This document shows, one piece after another, positions 24,299 through 37,303 of a stretch of DNA of 64,000 nt. The number at the start of each line of letters is the position of its first letter. The first letter of the stretch is position 1. Source of the stretch: Macrostomum lignano (lineage: Eukaryota); contig NIVC01001892.1 of NCBI GenBank assembly GCA_002269645.1, forward strand, positions 124,001 to 188,000, read 5' to 3'. The position numbers were made by a program, and so were the translations under genes. Below the pieces are notes generated by a model. The model did not search any database and was not told the DNA's origin. It saw only the letters and a list, made by a program, of their open reading frames with translations.

Positions 24299-27200
24299 CT
24301 AAGACAGACATTAGACACTAAGACAGACAGTACATTTTCGAGCTTGTGAAAGCAACCAGCTGGTTCTTGCTCAACAAATATTAGCCGGCGGGAGGGGAAG
24401 TGGAATAAAATCCTGTGTGAGCAAGGGTGAATGTGAAGCATATTAAACATATAAAGCACAGCACAGTACTAAAACTGACTGTGTATAATTGCCTAGAAAT
24501 CAAGCACACCAGCAGCAAGCAGCTATGTACTAACAGCTTACGATTTAATAATATTATCAAAACTAGTGCAAGCGGCACAACAGAAAGCTACGTGCAAACA
24601 GACACAGCACAAAAATTTGCAGACAGGTATAAATAGGGTGGGCCCAGCACTAGGCAGCCAATCACAACATCTAAGCATGGATTATCGACGCTTACGGTTC
24701 TCATGATCTGGCAATGGGGAGCGACACGATGAAGACTGCATTAATGAATTTCAATATTCAGTGCACCAGTGTGACTGAGGCTCTGAGCTGCCTGTCCCAG
24801 TGTGTCTGAGCTGTCTGTCCCAGTGTGACTGAGCTGCCTGTCCCAGTGTGACTAAGCTGCCTGTCCCAGTGTGACTGAGCTGCCTGTCCCAGTGCACCAG
24901 TGTGACTGAGCTGCCTGTCCCAGTGCACCAGTGTGACTGAGCTGCCTGTCCCAGTGCACCAGTGTGACTGAGCTGCCTGTCCCAGTGCACCAGTGTGACT
25001 GAGCTGCCTGTCCCAGTGCACCAGTGTGACTGAGCTGCCTGTCCCAGTGTGACTGAGCTGCCTGTCCCAGTGTGACTGAGCTGCCTGTCCCAGTGTGACT
25101 GAGCTGCCTGTCCCAGTGTGTCTGAGCTGCCTGTCCCAGTGTGACTAAGCTGCCTGTCCCAGTGTGACTGAGCTGCCTGTCCCAGTGTGACTGAGCTGCC
25201 TGTCCCAGTGTGACTGAGCTGCCTGTCCCAGTGTGTCTGAGCTGCCTGTCCCAGTGTGACTGAGCTGCCTGTCCCAGTGTGACTGAGCTGCCTGTCCCAG
25301 TGTGACTGAGCTGCCTGTCCCAGTGTGACTGAGCTGCCTGTCCCAGTGTGACTGAGCTGCCTGTCCCAGTGTGACTGAGCTGCCTGTCCCAGTGTGTCTG
25401 AGCTGCCTGTCCCAGTGTGACTAAGCTGCCTGTCCCAGTGTGACTGAGCTGCCTGTCCCAGTGTGACTGAGCTGCCTGTCCCAGTGTGACTGAGCTGCCT
25501 GTCCCAGTGTGTCTGAGCTGCCTGTCCCAGTGTGACTGAGCTGCCTGTCCCAGTGTGACTGAGCTGCCTGTCCCAGTGCACCAGTGTGTGAAAGCAACCC
25601 AAAAGCAGAGAACAGTGGAGAGCAATCTCACCTTCTGCTTCTTGTGGTAGAGTACGTACAGGAAGCCGAACAGGAAGATGGCCACCAGCATGTACACCAT
25701 AAAGTGGCTGGAGCCCGCGTTCGTGTCGCCGCTGCCAGAGCCGCCGAAGTGGTTTTTGGCGTCCGCACCGCCGGCGCTCTGATCGAGCGGCAGCTCCTTG
25801 ATGCCGGATTCTGCGGGAGGCGAGGAGAGACAGCAAGGATGAGGCAGAGCTGAGCAGCTCATTTCGTGACGATGTAAAAAGCATTTGAAGAAATTTTCTG
25901 GTGTGAGTCTTCAAACTGCGATTCTTCAGAGACTCAGGTGGGAGATTCTTCAGAGACTCAGGTGGTGGCGATTCTTCAGAGACTCAGGTGGGAGATTCTT
26001 CAGAGACTCAGGTCTCAGGTGGGAGATTCTTCAGAGACTCGGATGGGAGATTCTTCAGAGACTCAGGTGGGTGATTCTTTAGAGACTCAGGTGGTGGTGA
26101 TTCTTCAGAGACTCAGGTGGTGGTGATTCTTCAGAGACTCAGGTGGTGGTGATTCTTCAGAGACTCAGGTGGTGGTGATTCTTCAGAGACTCAGGTGGGA
26201 GATTCCTGTACAGGTGGGAGATTCTTCAGAGACCTACCTATGGGAAGCTGACCGGAACCTGCGGCATCAGTTTTCTGAGTCTTGTCGCGATTAGCAGGCT
26301 TCCGCTTTGTGGTGGAGGAAGTCCCGGCAGTGGTGGTTGAGCTGGTTGTCGCTGTAGACATTGTCGACGACTTGGCGGGCTTTGCAGAGGATGAGGCCGC
26401 ACTGCTGGTGGTGCCGAAGTCAGCGGGCTGCTTAGCCCCGGTTTCTGAGCCTGGAGCACCTGTGGGGATGATTTAGAGCCGATTCTCCAGCGCGATCTAG
26501 GGTGACATCGCTCCAGAGTGTGAAGTGAGGCAGTGGGGATGATTTAGAGCCGATTCTCCAGTGCCATCTAGGGTGACATCGCTCCAGAGTGTGAAGTGAG
26601 GCAGTGGGGATGATTTAGAGCCGATTCTCCAGTGCCATCTAGGGTGACATCGCTCCAGAGTGTGAAGTGAGGCAGTGGGGATGATTTAGAGCCGATTCTC
26701 CAGTGCCATCTAGGGTGACATCGCTCCAGAGTGTGAAGTGAGGGGCTAGGGGCGATTCTATAAGGTAGTCTAGGGCGATTCTCCAAGGTGGCTCAGTAGG
26801 GGTGATTCTATAAGGTAGTCTAGGGCGATTCTCCAAGGTGGCTCAGTAGGGGTGATTCTATAAGGTAGTCTAGGGCGATTCTCCAAGGTGGCTCTCTAGA
26901 GGCGATTCTATAAGGTAGTCTAGGGCGATTTTCCAAGGTGGCTCAGTAGGGGCGATTCTATAAGGCAGTCTAGGGCGATTCTCCAAGGTGGCTCTCTAGC
27001 GGCGATTCTATAAGGTAGTCTAGGGGCGATTCTCCAAGTTGGCCCTCTAGGGGCGATTCTATAAGGTAGTCTAGGGGCGATTCTGCAAGATGGCTCTCTA
27101 GGGGCGATTCTGCAAGATGGCTCTCTAGGGGCGATTCTATAAGACAGTCTAGGGGCGATTCTCCAAGGTGGCCCTCTAGGGGTGATTCTCCAAGGTGGCT

Positions 27201-30200
27201 CTCTAGGGGCGATTCTATAAGGTAGTCTAGGGGCGATTCTCCAAGATGGCCCTCTAGGGGCGATTCTATAAGACAGTCTAGGGGCGATTCTCCAAGATGG
27301 CTCTCTAGGGGCGATTCTATAAGACAGTCTAGGGCGATTCTATAAGGTAGTCTAGGGGTGATTCTCCAAGGTGGCTCTCTAGCGGCGATTCTATAAGGTA
27401 GTCTAGGGGCGATTTTCCAAGGTGGCCCTCTAGGGGCGATTCTATAAGGTAGTCTAGGGGCGATTCTCCAAGGTGGCTCAGTAGGGGCGATTCTATAAGG
27501 TAGTCTAGGGCGATTTTCCAAGGTGGCTCAGTAGGGGCAATTCTATAAGGTAGTCTAGGGCGATTTTCCAAGGTGGCTCAGTAGGGGCGATTCTATAAGG
27601 TAGTCTAGGGCGATTTTCCTAGGTGGCTCAGTAGGGGCAATTCTATAAGGTAGTCTAGGGCGATTTTCCTAGGTGGCTCAGTAGGGGCGATTCTATAAGG
27701 TAGTCTAGGGCGATTTTCCAAGGTGGCTCAGTAGGGGCGATTCTATAAGGTAGTCTAGGGCGATTTTCCTAGGTGGCTCAGTAGGGGCGATTCTATAAGG
27801 TAGTCTAGGGCGATTTTCCAAGGTGGCTCAGTAGGGGCGATTCTATAAGGTAGTCTAGGGGCGATTCTCCAATGTGGCCCTCTAGGGGCGATTCTCCAAA
27901 GTAGTCTAGGCCCTCGATTATCTAGTGGCAATGCAGGGCAAAGCCGAAGGCACAAACTATTCCTTAGACAAAAGACAACTTGCCATCAGCCTTGCCAGCA
28001 TTCTCCTTATCCTTGCTTTTGCCCTCTTTTGAGCCAGCCGCAGTTGAAGCCGATTTTATTGTGTCTGCTGCGGTTGCAGTGACGGTAGACGCTGCTATGG
28101 TGGTAGTAGCAGAAGATCCAGCAGCTGTTGCGGTTCTTGAAGAAGATTTGAGGCCAGAATTTATTGTTTCATTGCTTTTCGAGCCTCTGTTGCTGCTTGC
28201 ATTGTTGACAGTGGATTTGACTGATGAACTGTTGCTAGCCAATGGTGCGGCAGCCGTAGGCCCAGTGGAGCTGATAGAAGCCAAAGACGCATTTGTTTCT
28301 GTAGCATTAGAACTGATTGTCAAATTCCACTCTTGAGCAGCCAGGACAGTGCGATCCTTGCTCAGCAATTCTGACAACAATTTTTTAGAAAATTTAAAGA
28401 TTAGGCTTTTTAAGCTTATAAGCTAAAACATCTCCCAGAAATCATTATATAAATAACCAACAAGTGACAAAACACATGACAAAACACTTTTGTCCTAAAC
28501 AAGATGTTTAGATTCTAAATTTGTTAGTTTTAATTAATGGCAATTTGAAAAAAATTAAATAAGGGCTCAGCTATATTTGAGGTCGATTGAGGACATAGGA
28601 CATTTTATCCTCAAACTTTTTATCCAATTTGCAATCCTATTAAATTTAAATTTAAAACTACACATGCAACTTAATGTATGACTAAGCATTTCATGCCCAA
28701 GTCTCCCTATATTTTACAACAAACAGGTAAAGGCAGTGATGGGCACTAGCGCCACTAAATTTGAATTCCACTAAAGCGCCACTAATGTTTTGTTAGCGCT
28801 GCTAATTCCGCTAAATTGAAATTCCAATTAGTGTGCGCGCTATCAAAGTGCCGATAATATTTTCTGAAAATTGCTAGTTGCACCAAATTCATTTTTTTGC
28901 TTTAAAACTAGACGGCTAATGACTGTTTAATACTTAAAATAAGGCTCTATTTGAGTAATAAGTTAAAGATTATGTAAATCCACCTATACAAAATCTCTAA
29001 TAAGTTTCTAATTTTCTTAGAAATGCAAAAACAAAATTTGAATTTCTTTTTTTGCTTTCATTATCAACAATTAATCTTGTTCTTGTCATTGACTTTATAA
29101 AAGTTTTCTTACTACTTTTAATTTGTTAGCAAAAAGTTGTTGATTAATTTAATTTAATTTAATAATTTAATCAAAGAATTTAATGTTAAACTGAGTTGAT
29201 ATTCTAAGCAATGATGCAAAGCAACAGGCTATATCAACAGGGTGATGGTGGGGTTAATAAATCCCATACCACCATTTCAAGCTGATGATCTTGCTTTCCT
29301 TCTTGAGTATAAGGTCATGGCCCCAGTAGCAAGGGCCCTTGACATTTTTCATGGCAAATAGCAATGTAATTTATGAACTCTTTCTATTAACTGTTGTTCT
29401 GACAGTTCAGCGGCTTGGGGATTTTTTATTAGGATTGATAATAAAAACAAGTTATTAGCAATAGCATTATTAGCTTATTCATTTAAAACATGTGAGTAAA
29501 AATGGGCAAAATGCATAAATACATGTGAAACAACAGTTTATATTAAATGTATTTATTAATTAGCACATTTCGAAATTAGCAGCACTAATTGCGCTAAATT
29601 CAAAGTAGAAATAGCACCTGCTATTAGCAATTGCTCATTTTTTTTCATTTATCAGTTAGCAATAGTGCTAATTTTAGTGGCACTAAAAATTAATTATAGC
29701 GGTGCTCATCACTGGGTAAAGGGCATATCAACTTGAGCTCATAAAGGGAAGCCCAAGTAACCTATGTATACAAATGATATATTATTTTGCTCACAGAGAC
29801 ACCAAAAAATCTGGATTTGAAAAAAGGCAACAAAAATGGACTTGTAAATAATTTAGCTTTTTCTAGATTGTAAAAAAGATGTCAAAAATTCTGACATGCC
29901 AATATTTTTCTCTTATAATAATTAAATATTTTAATGTCTTGTTAAAGCCTTTAATCTAGATTATATACTCAGCAACATCGAAAAGTCGCCATCACAGAAG
30001 ATTCCGTCTGTGGTGGCCACTTTTGAGAGTGCAGGTAAAGTCTCTCAATTTTTACAAGTGACGCAACTTAGCTACGCCACAGCAGACTTGAGTTGAGGAA
30101 TGAAGTGGGGGGGGATGGTGTGCGAGGGTTGGATGGGTTAAAGCTACCCTAATCAGTTTTCTCATATCTTTTATTCAGAATAGTCCCAGAGAAACTGCTC

Positions 30201-33200
30201 ACTGGTGGATAGAGTGGCAACTTTTCAATGTTGCCAAGTATATATAGGCCTGTAAATCTTAAAATGGGGCTATTTTTTATGGTTGCTGACTATTTCAATT
30301 GCTGTTAGTTGGTCTGCCACTCTTCCATCTAAAAATATAATAAATAGTCACTTGTTTGCTACAAAATATTAACTATACTATAATTTCAGCATTATGGCAT
30401 TAGAATAAGATAATTTCATGATAAGAAAACAAAAAAAAATAAATAAATAATATATAATAAATAATACATAAATAATAAATTATCCAATTAAGAAAATGCA
30501 GTCATGCTAACTAGATAGTTAAAATTTAAATTGTTGTCTTATATAATAAGCTATCACATTTTTCCAAAATATTAATATTATGATCAACAAAATTACATAT
30601 ACAAAAATGATATCTTACTACATTTTTATGGCTTGCAAATCATATCATAAAAAATAAGAAAAAAATAAGAAAAAATAAAATAATAAAATTTATTTTCTTT
30701 TTTCAAAAAGTCATTTCATCTATTGGCAAACAAAACAGTGGCAGATGAACTGACCACACATCTATTTTATAGACTAGATTAAAACTAAAAGGTAGGCCTA
30801 GGCCTAGGTAAAACAAAAATACAAAAAAATAAAAAAATATGGCAAAATCCAAAAATGTGGGATAAAATAGTAAAACAAATCTGCAGACATTTGATAGAAG
30901 ATAATGTATTAAAGAAAGCTTTTTAAAAGACAGATAAATATTTTAATAAGTTCTGGATAAAAACTATTGTTTTCATGCTTTATATCATGGAATAAATGAG
31001 TGAAAAACCACAAAAAAGGCATTTTACAAGTCCAAGTTGATTGCTTTACAATTTAATGTTTCATTTTTTCATTCATAAAAAATTAATTTTAAGACTTGTA
31101 GATCTTAGAAAAGGCAATTTTTTTACTACTTACAAAACAAATAGCATTCCATGTTTTACTTTTTTATTTTATTTAAAAAGATGGAGGATTTCTAAAGGAT
31201 TTCTAAGTTTTTTGAAAACCACATTAACTGTAAAAATTGCAAAAATTCATACCAATTTAAGGTGCAAAGTTTGCTAGCAAACAACTTTCTCTAAAAGTAA
31301 ATATCAACTTGTATAGTATTAGTATATGTAACATGCCAATATGTAGACTTAAAAATTTTATCAGAGCTTCTATATAATAATTTCTAATTATTTCTATAAT
31401 AATAATATATAATAATAATTTAATTAATTTTTATTTTTTATAAGTCATTTTAGACATAATTTTATTTACTGTTGCTTGTAACAAATCATTTTATTAAAGA
31501 TAAGACTATATGTGAAGAATTTGTGCTTTTATAGATGTTTTTTACCTTTCTAAAACTAAAATAAATTTATTATATAGCTTCATTGCTTTCAAATCACCAA
31601 AAAATGAATTTTCAAAAAACTTGCCCTCAATTTTTGGATTTGCCATAGGCCTATGTACCATAGTCCAGAAGAGGGGTGGTATGCCAGATTAATCTAGCAT
31701 ACACTCATGACTTTTGGCGTACACTTGGCATACAATTTTTTACTTTTTAAAATCTGGCATATTACCTGGCGTATAAAAATGCATATTCAAAAAGTGGCGT
31801 ACATGTTCCTGCAGTTGCAGAATCAAATCAAAAAGTCTAAGAAAATAGTGTGCATGCAGTTAATAGAATCACATGGAAGAGTTCATGAAAAGTGAACAAA
31901 AAAACATAAAATAAGTTTTTTAAGCAATTTCAAGCTTTCTAGGTTTTTAGAGCTTGTAATAAAAATTTAAACAAATCTTTGCATGTATCAAGTTTCCACT
32001 ATAAATAATATCAGCAAAAAAAGCAAAGTATTAACCAAATTGTTAGCTAAAAAAGGGTACATTATACAATTTAAAAACAAAATAATTCATTGTTGCAAGG
32101 TAAAAAAGGTCATTTACTGTTGCAACACTAGTGCAGATTTGAAAGTAGGCATGCACTCAAAATTTGGCGTACACTAGTATACCAAAAAAATTGTGAGAGA
32201 TTTTAGTCCGGCGTACATTCAGGGTGTTCCGAACTATGGCCTATGTATTCCATATTGTATATTAAAAATCAATAATAATGTAATATATTAGGTTTGCCAC
32301 TGAAGTGAAACGAAGGCGCCGTTAGCAAGAGGATGTGAGAAATCAGCTGACATGCACGTGATGCGTGAACAAGCATCCAGCCTTGGCAGCAACTCCCCAG
32401 ATGCACAAGATCTGCATGCCTAAAAATAATCCTGATGATTAGCGAGCAAGAAGCCCAGCCATGCAACCCTGGCGTGATGCATGCACAACCTCTGACCGAC
32501 ACTGCCTATTGGGCCTCGAAATCCCACCCTCTCCCCCTACTGCTCCTATTCCTCATTGCTCGCGTATAGTGTGCTAGCTTATAAAATATACTGATTGAAG
32601 AGGAAAGATCCTCGCCTGAAGTTTGAGAATGTGACTTTAGAGATCACACAGAGAAGGTCCATTGTTCGTTGTCTTCTTGAACTGTTGGCAGAAGGAAATG
32701 ATAATATGGGAAAAACCACTATGAATTGTCATTTCAATTGGTTCCACTGACTGTGTGAGTCACCGCTAGACAGAAGTCTTAGACACACCATGCAGTTATC
32801 GCTCTGCTGCATGTCTTCAACAGCCATCCGAATGAATCGAGAACTGAGACTTTCCTTCCTTCAGTAAAGGAAAACTTCAAACTAGATAAGACCAATGGAC
32901 GAAGATCAAGAAGCGACGCAGTTTACCCTTCCAAGAAAAAACTTTCGTTAAGAGATCTACACAATCAATTTGGTCAAGACGGTATTTTTCTGATGTCCTA
33001 TTTAACTGCAATGTACCTTCAGCCAGCATCCCAATCTGACTGTCTACCAGACGCTGTTTCAATTTGTCGAGTCTCCGCGTCCAGTCCTATTTGCGTCACT
33101 GTTTAGGGCATCGAAAAGCCCATTCAATTTGTCGAGTTTCTAAGTTCACGTCAATCCCCCTCTCAGATCTGATTAAATAGTCAAGAGGATATGCTGGTAC

Positions 33201-34696
33201 AATTCATCCACTGTTGTCACAAGTTCACTTTGCCCCTTGACCAAGTTTCGTGTTTCAACAACATCAACTCAACTGCAAGTTACCAAGTGGGACTGCGTAT
33301 CGCAAGCAAATGCACAACTGTACACCATGTCATCATTGCTCCAAGCTTATTTTCAATAGAGCTCGGAGGGCCTCGCTTTCCCGAAAAAAGAGCAACTGAA
33401 GTGAAACGAAGGCGCCGTTAGCAAGAGGATGTGAGAAATCAGCCGACACGTGCGTGATGCGTGAACAAGCATCCAGCCTTGGCAGCAACTCCCCAGATGC
33501 ACAAGATCTGCATGTCTAAAAATAGTCCTGATGATCAGCGAGCAAGAAGCCCAGCCATGCAACCCTGGCGTGATGCATGCACAACCTCTGACCGACACTG
33601 CCTATTGGGCCTCGAAATCCCACTCTCTCCCCCTACTGCTCCTATTCCTCATTGCTCGCGTACCAGACTCCGGATGGTATACATGTACGCCGGAAAATTC
33701 CGGCGTACAGAGGGACCTAGATTACACATTGGCGTACAACTTGGCGTACAAAGGCGCCTGGCGTGCCCTCTTGGCATACAGCTTGGCATATAGAGATTGC
33801 CAAGACCAGCAGGTGGGACCAAAAGTTCCGAGTCCCAACAATCAATCTACATAATTAGCATACAAAAATGATTAAGTTTGCATTTGGCATAGTTTCCATG
33901 TACATAGTTACAGTAGCTAAATTTTGATCGGAAAGAATGGCTGGCCCTTTACGAAAAAAACTGAAAACTAAATTTAAAAAACCGGGCTTAACCTTTCCAA
34001 GAAAGTAAAAGTAAAACAAAATTAGTTAAAATGAACTAGTTCTCTACAGTTTAGTAAAAATATTTTCAGTTTTAACACATAGGTTGATTAAATATTAAAA
34101 TTTTGCTAGCTTTTAATATTAGTTGTAATTTGTAATTTCTATTTTGGCGTATTTTTGTATGCGATAAAAAGTTCGTTGGCGTACATTGGCGTGCATGAGC
34201 TACAGAAGCAATTTTCGTTCCGGCGTGAAGATCCTCGCCTGAAGTTTGAGAATGTGACTCTAGAGATCACACAGAGAAGGTCCATTGTTCATTGTCTTCC
34301 TGAACTGTTGGCAGAAGGAAATGATAATATGGGAAAAACCCATATAAATTGTTGTTTCACCACCTAGCTTTGCCTTTGATAAAGTCTAGGCCTATTGAGT
34401 AATATATATAAATATATAGACCTGATTTTTATTTCATGCTCATTTTTAATTTTAATACTAAAAATAGATGAAAATGTTTACTTACCTTTGCTAATACTAT
34501 TAGGTTTGGCCTTAGGACTATTGATATCATCCATTTTTGTTTTTTTTGTTTCTGATTTTGCAATAGCTGAAACATCTGGTACAGGATTGGTAAGCATTGG
34601 CTCTACATTTGCTGCAATAATAGCAACTAGAAGAAAAAAGCAAAGGATCTTGTGATTCTTAGTCAAGATATAATGTGATTTGTTCACAGCAGTCAT
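22768..34696 (-). CDS. TGN38/TGOLN2-KCT2(C5orf15)-like type I membrane protein with Ser/Thr-rich lumenal domain, about 385 aa
   Basis: Exons (minus strand): 34696-34486 (tentative, signal-peptide-like [14 protein letters not shown], gtaagt donor), 28370-27984 (GC donor), 26459-26238, 25810-25632 and 22926-22768. All phases are compatible. The TM/tail [27 protein letters not shown]|[10 protein letters not shown]...YKLL matches the TGN38 pattern SHFF.YL.....LY..YHNKRKIIA..LEG...Y..L. Confidence 0.75.
23568..24330 (+). repeat. (GACA)n microsatellite in the last intron of the TGN38-like gene
   Basis: Direct reading, with CACTAA and GCCAAA interruptions. Confidence 0.97.
24765..25587 (+). repeat. 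23-bp minisatellite (intronic)
   Basis: GAGCTGCCTGTCCCAGTGTGACT, with a block of units carrying an extra GCACCAGT. Confidence 0.95.
25918..26232 (+). repeat. 24-27-bp minisatellite (intronic)
   Basis: GATTCTTCAGAGACTCAGGTGG(TGGT/GA). It runs to within about 5 bp of the donor at 26237. Confidence 0.9.
26463..27905 (+). repeat. 71-bp repeat x~4 (26463-26742) followed by an alternating ~24-bp repeat (26745-27905)
   Basis: GGGGATGATTTAGAGCCGATTCTCCAG...GAGGCAGT, then CTAGGGGCGATTCTATAAGGTAGT / CTAGGGCGATTCTCCAAGGTGGCT. Confidence 0.9.
28734..29714 (+). mobile_element. Internally deleted (non-autonomous) hAT DNA transposon, 981 bp
   Basis: TIRs CAGTGATGGGCAC / GTGCTCATCACTG. Exact 8-bp TSD GGTAAAGG at 28726-28733 and 29715-29722. 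The internal remnant at 29275-29350 translates [25 protein letters not shown], which is hAT transposase-like. Confidence 0.88.
29962..30244. mobile_element. MITE-like element with ~30-bp imperfect TIRs in a TA context
   Basis: Left end TATATACTCAGCAACATCGAAAAGTCGCCA versus reverse complement of the right end TATATACTTGGCAACATTGAAAAGTTGCCA. Confidence 0.7.
31658..32239. mobile_element. Non-autonomous DNA element with CCATAGT termini and 8-bp TSD (superfamily unassigned)
   Basis: Ends CCATAGTCCAGAA... / ...TTCCGAACTATGG. CCTATGTA is duplicated at 31650-31657 and 32240-32247. Subterminal GGC(G/A)TACA motifs are present. Confidence 0.72.
32299..34360. repeat. Local segmental duplication (copy 1 32299-~32730; copy 2 33395-~34360 interrupted by an insertion at 33663-~34227)
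   Basis: Near-identical ACTGAAGTGAAACGAAGGCGCC...CATTGCTCGCGTA blocks and AAGATCCTCGCCTGAAG...GGAAAAACC blocks occur twice. Confidence 0.85.
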
Positions 34697-36849
34697 TATG
34701 GAATATAATATTGGTCCAAAGCCAAAATGCAAACAAAAATCCAGTGTTATTGTATTGGTAGGCTATTAAATAAAATTTAGGCCTCTTGTTTAAACCTGTC
34801 CTGTTTAATGTATGGCCTTATCTTGGTTTACTTAAGAAGCAGCAGAAGCGGAAGCTCTGTTTTGAATTACAAATTTAATAAAGGTAGTGGCGCAGCACTA
34901 AATATAAGTAAATAAATAATCAGGTTGTCTTAATTCATCAGGCCTCTAATTTACTAAATAGAGAAGTTAAAATGGAAAGGATGTTAGGGTAGAATAATCC
35001 AATCAGTACAAAGGATGAATGGAAAAGTATGCGTGCACTTCTTATAGCCAGAAATGTGATTTTCATCAACTGATACATATCTCGATTTAATTAGTATTCT
35101 TTCTAAGAAAACTTCGAATTCGTAATTTTTTACGAAAGCGTCATTTTCAAGCCTAGAGTTTACTGATTAGCACTGCACTGTGCAGAATGTGTAACTATAA
35201 GTACGAGTGTATAACAACTATAGAATACTTTTCTAACCTCAGTGAAGATACCAAAAAGCAGTTTGTACGCACGCACTGGGACCGCTGATTATTTATCCAT
35301 TGTCTACTTGCAAAACCATCCAATATACAATCAACCATTTTCGTATTGATTTGCGAATTCTCTGCTTTAACCTGTAGCTGCCTAGATTCTTCGCGCTTTA
35401 GGCCCCCATCTTTCTCTCTTGCTGGAGTGTTGTTCGGCTTTCACATATATACATGACTAATCGAATCTATAATACCCCAGGTTCAGTCAAAGGTCTCGTT
35501 AATAACAAAACAAAATTACACTCTTTTATGCATGGTCTTGTAAAACAGAAGCCGTATCATAAGGCCCGCCTCTGGACTCTATGCTAGAGTATCCAACGTC
35601 GCCGGGGCCGGAGATCCGTCGGATTTTACGTCGGGTTTTACACTTCTACTCGTATTAAGACGGTGTAATGTAAAAAGTACTGTACTTATTTTCCAGCGAC
35701 GCGTATACCGACGTTGGAAACTTCGGTCGACGTCACTCATGTGGAATTACTGTACGGGCAGTGCATATACACTTACATAATGTATGCACTGTACATTTAA
35801 ACCTTTTGGCCCAGATGCAAAAGTACATTTACTTGTAAAATCCAACTGTACATTAAGCATAGAACTTGACACTACGTGTAGTCAACAGCAAATGCTCTCT
35901 GTACATGTAATTTGATATGAATCAAGTGTCGATAAGTAACCGCACGTGTTCACACAAGTAAATAAACGCCATTTAAAGTAAATAAAGCTTCGTTTTAATC
36001 AGCACAGACAAAAAAGATTTCTATTGCAGAGAATGGCTGTATAATGTTATTCGATATAGACGTAGGACAAAAGACGACAACACAGAGTTTTACTTGCATG
36101 CAATGGGGTGACGCAATGTCGCGAGCTGGATAAACGGTCAGGAAATTCGTTGAAGATTTTGCCCCGTGAAGATATTCGCACAGCAATAGAGAAAGGTAGC
36201 ATGCGATGGCGTGAATGAATAAAAATTCGTTGCTAAGAAAATCTGACTAGCAAAGAAAGCATTTTAATAAAAAATATCGCAGGTTAGCTTAAACCGAATG
36301 AGATTCTTCAGAGAGGTTCGTTCTAAAGGTTTCCGGTGTTAATAGAATGTGCTAAAACAGTGAAAGCAGTAATGTTGAAGCAGCAAGATGTGCCATATCA
36401 ATATTGTAGCTGTCAGTCAGTTACGAATCCAAATACTGAACTATAAATAAAAAATCAGAGAAGAATATTGCAGCAACAAAACAATAATTATGCTACTCAA
36501 AACGCACTCAATATAACAATGCATTAAAACAATTTACGAATAACATTTAACCAAAACAACACGGGCATAAAACACAAAAACGCTGGCATTGTAAGCATTT
36601 GGTCGGCCCAGTTTAAGTGCGCGAAATACTGACGGATCAATGGAATTGCGGGCGGGCGGGCTGGGCGTGCGCAGCATGAGCACAGAGTGTACTTTGTACT
36701 GTACATTCAGACTTGCTGACAGCAGACTTTCGAGTTTCACCTCTGTCATTTTATATGGAAGAACACGTATAATGCAGCTCGGGTATTAATATGTTCAACT
36801 ATATTTCAGGAACTTTCTGCTTTGGGAAAACTTTCAGTTTGGGTTAGCC

Positions 36850-37150
36850 TTCCGGTTTGGGGATAAACTTCTGGTTCGGAGAATTTTCTGGATCGAGAAA
36901 CTTCCGGTTTGGTGAAACTATCGGTTTGGGAACTTCCGGTTTGGGGAACTTCCGGTTTGGGGAAACTTCCGGTTTGGGGAACTTCCGGTTTGGAGAACTT
37001 CCGGTTTGGGGAACTTCCGGTTTGGGGAAACTTCCGGTTTGGGAACTTCCGGTTTGGGGAACTTCCGGTTTGGGGAAACTTCCGGTTTGGGAAAATTTCC
37101 GGTTTGGGGAGGGAAACTTCCGGTTTGGGGAAACTTTCGATTTGGGGGAA
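36850..37150 (+). repeat. 16-18-bp repeat downstream of the dynein IC stop
   Basis: GGAACTTCCGGTTTGG(G) units. Confidence 0.9.
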
Positions 37151-37303
37151 CCGATCTTTCGGTTTAAAAGTTTTCGGGGAAGGTTTCGTGGAATTCCAGT
37201 TTGGAAGAAAACTTTGTTTGCTTTTGAGAAATTTCCATAACTTCTGGGTAATTCTTGTTGGGGAGGGAACTTCCGGTGAGGTGAGTCAGAGGGCACAGAG
37301 CTC

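Noticed and set aside
24370-24415. Alternative terminal exon ([13 protein letters not shown]) for the TGN38-like gene
   Set aside because: It has an acceptor-like site but no family similarity. The 22926-22768 exon supplies the conserved tail.
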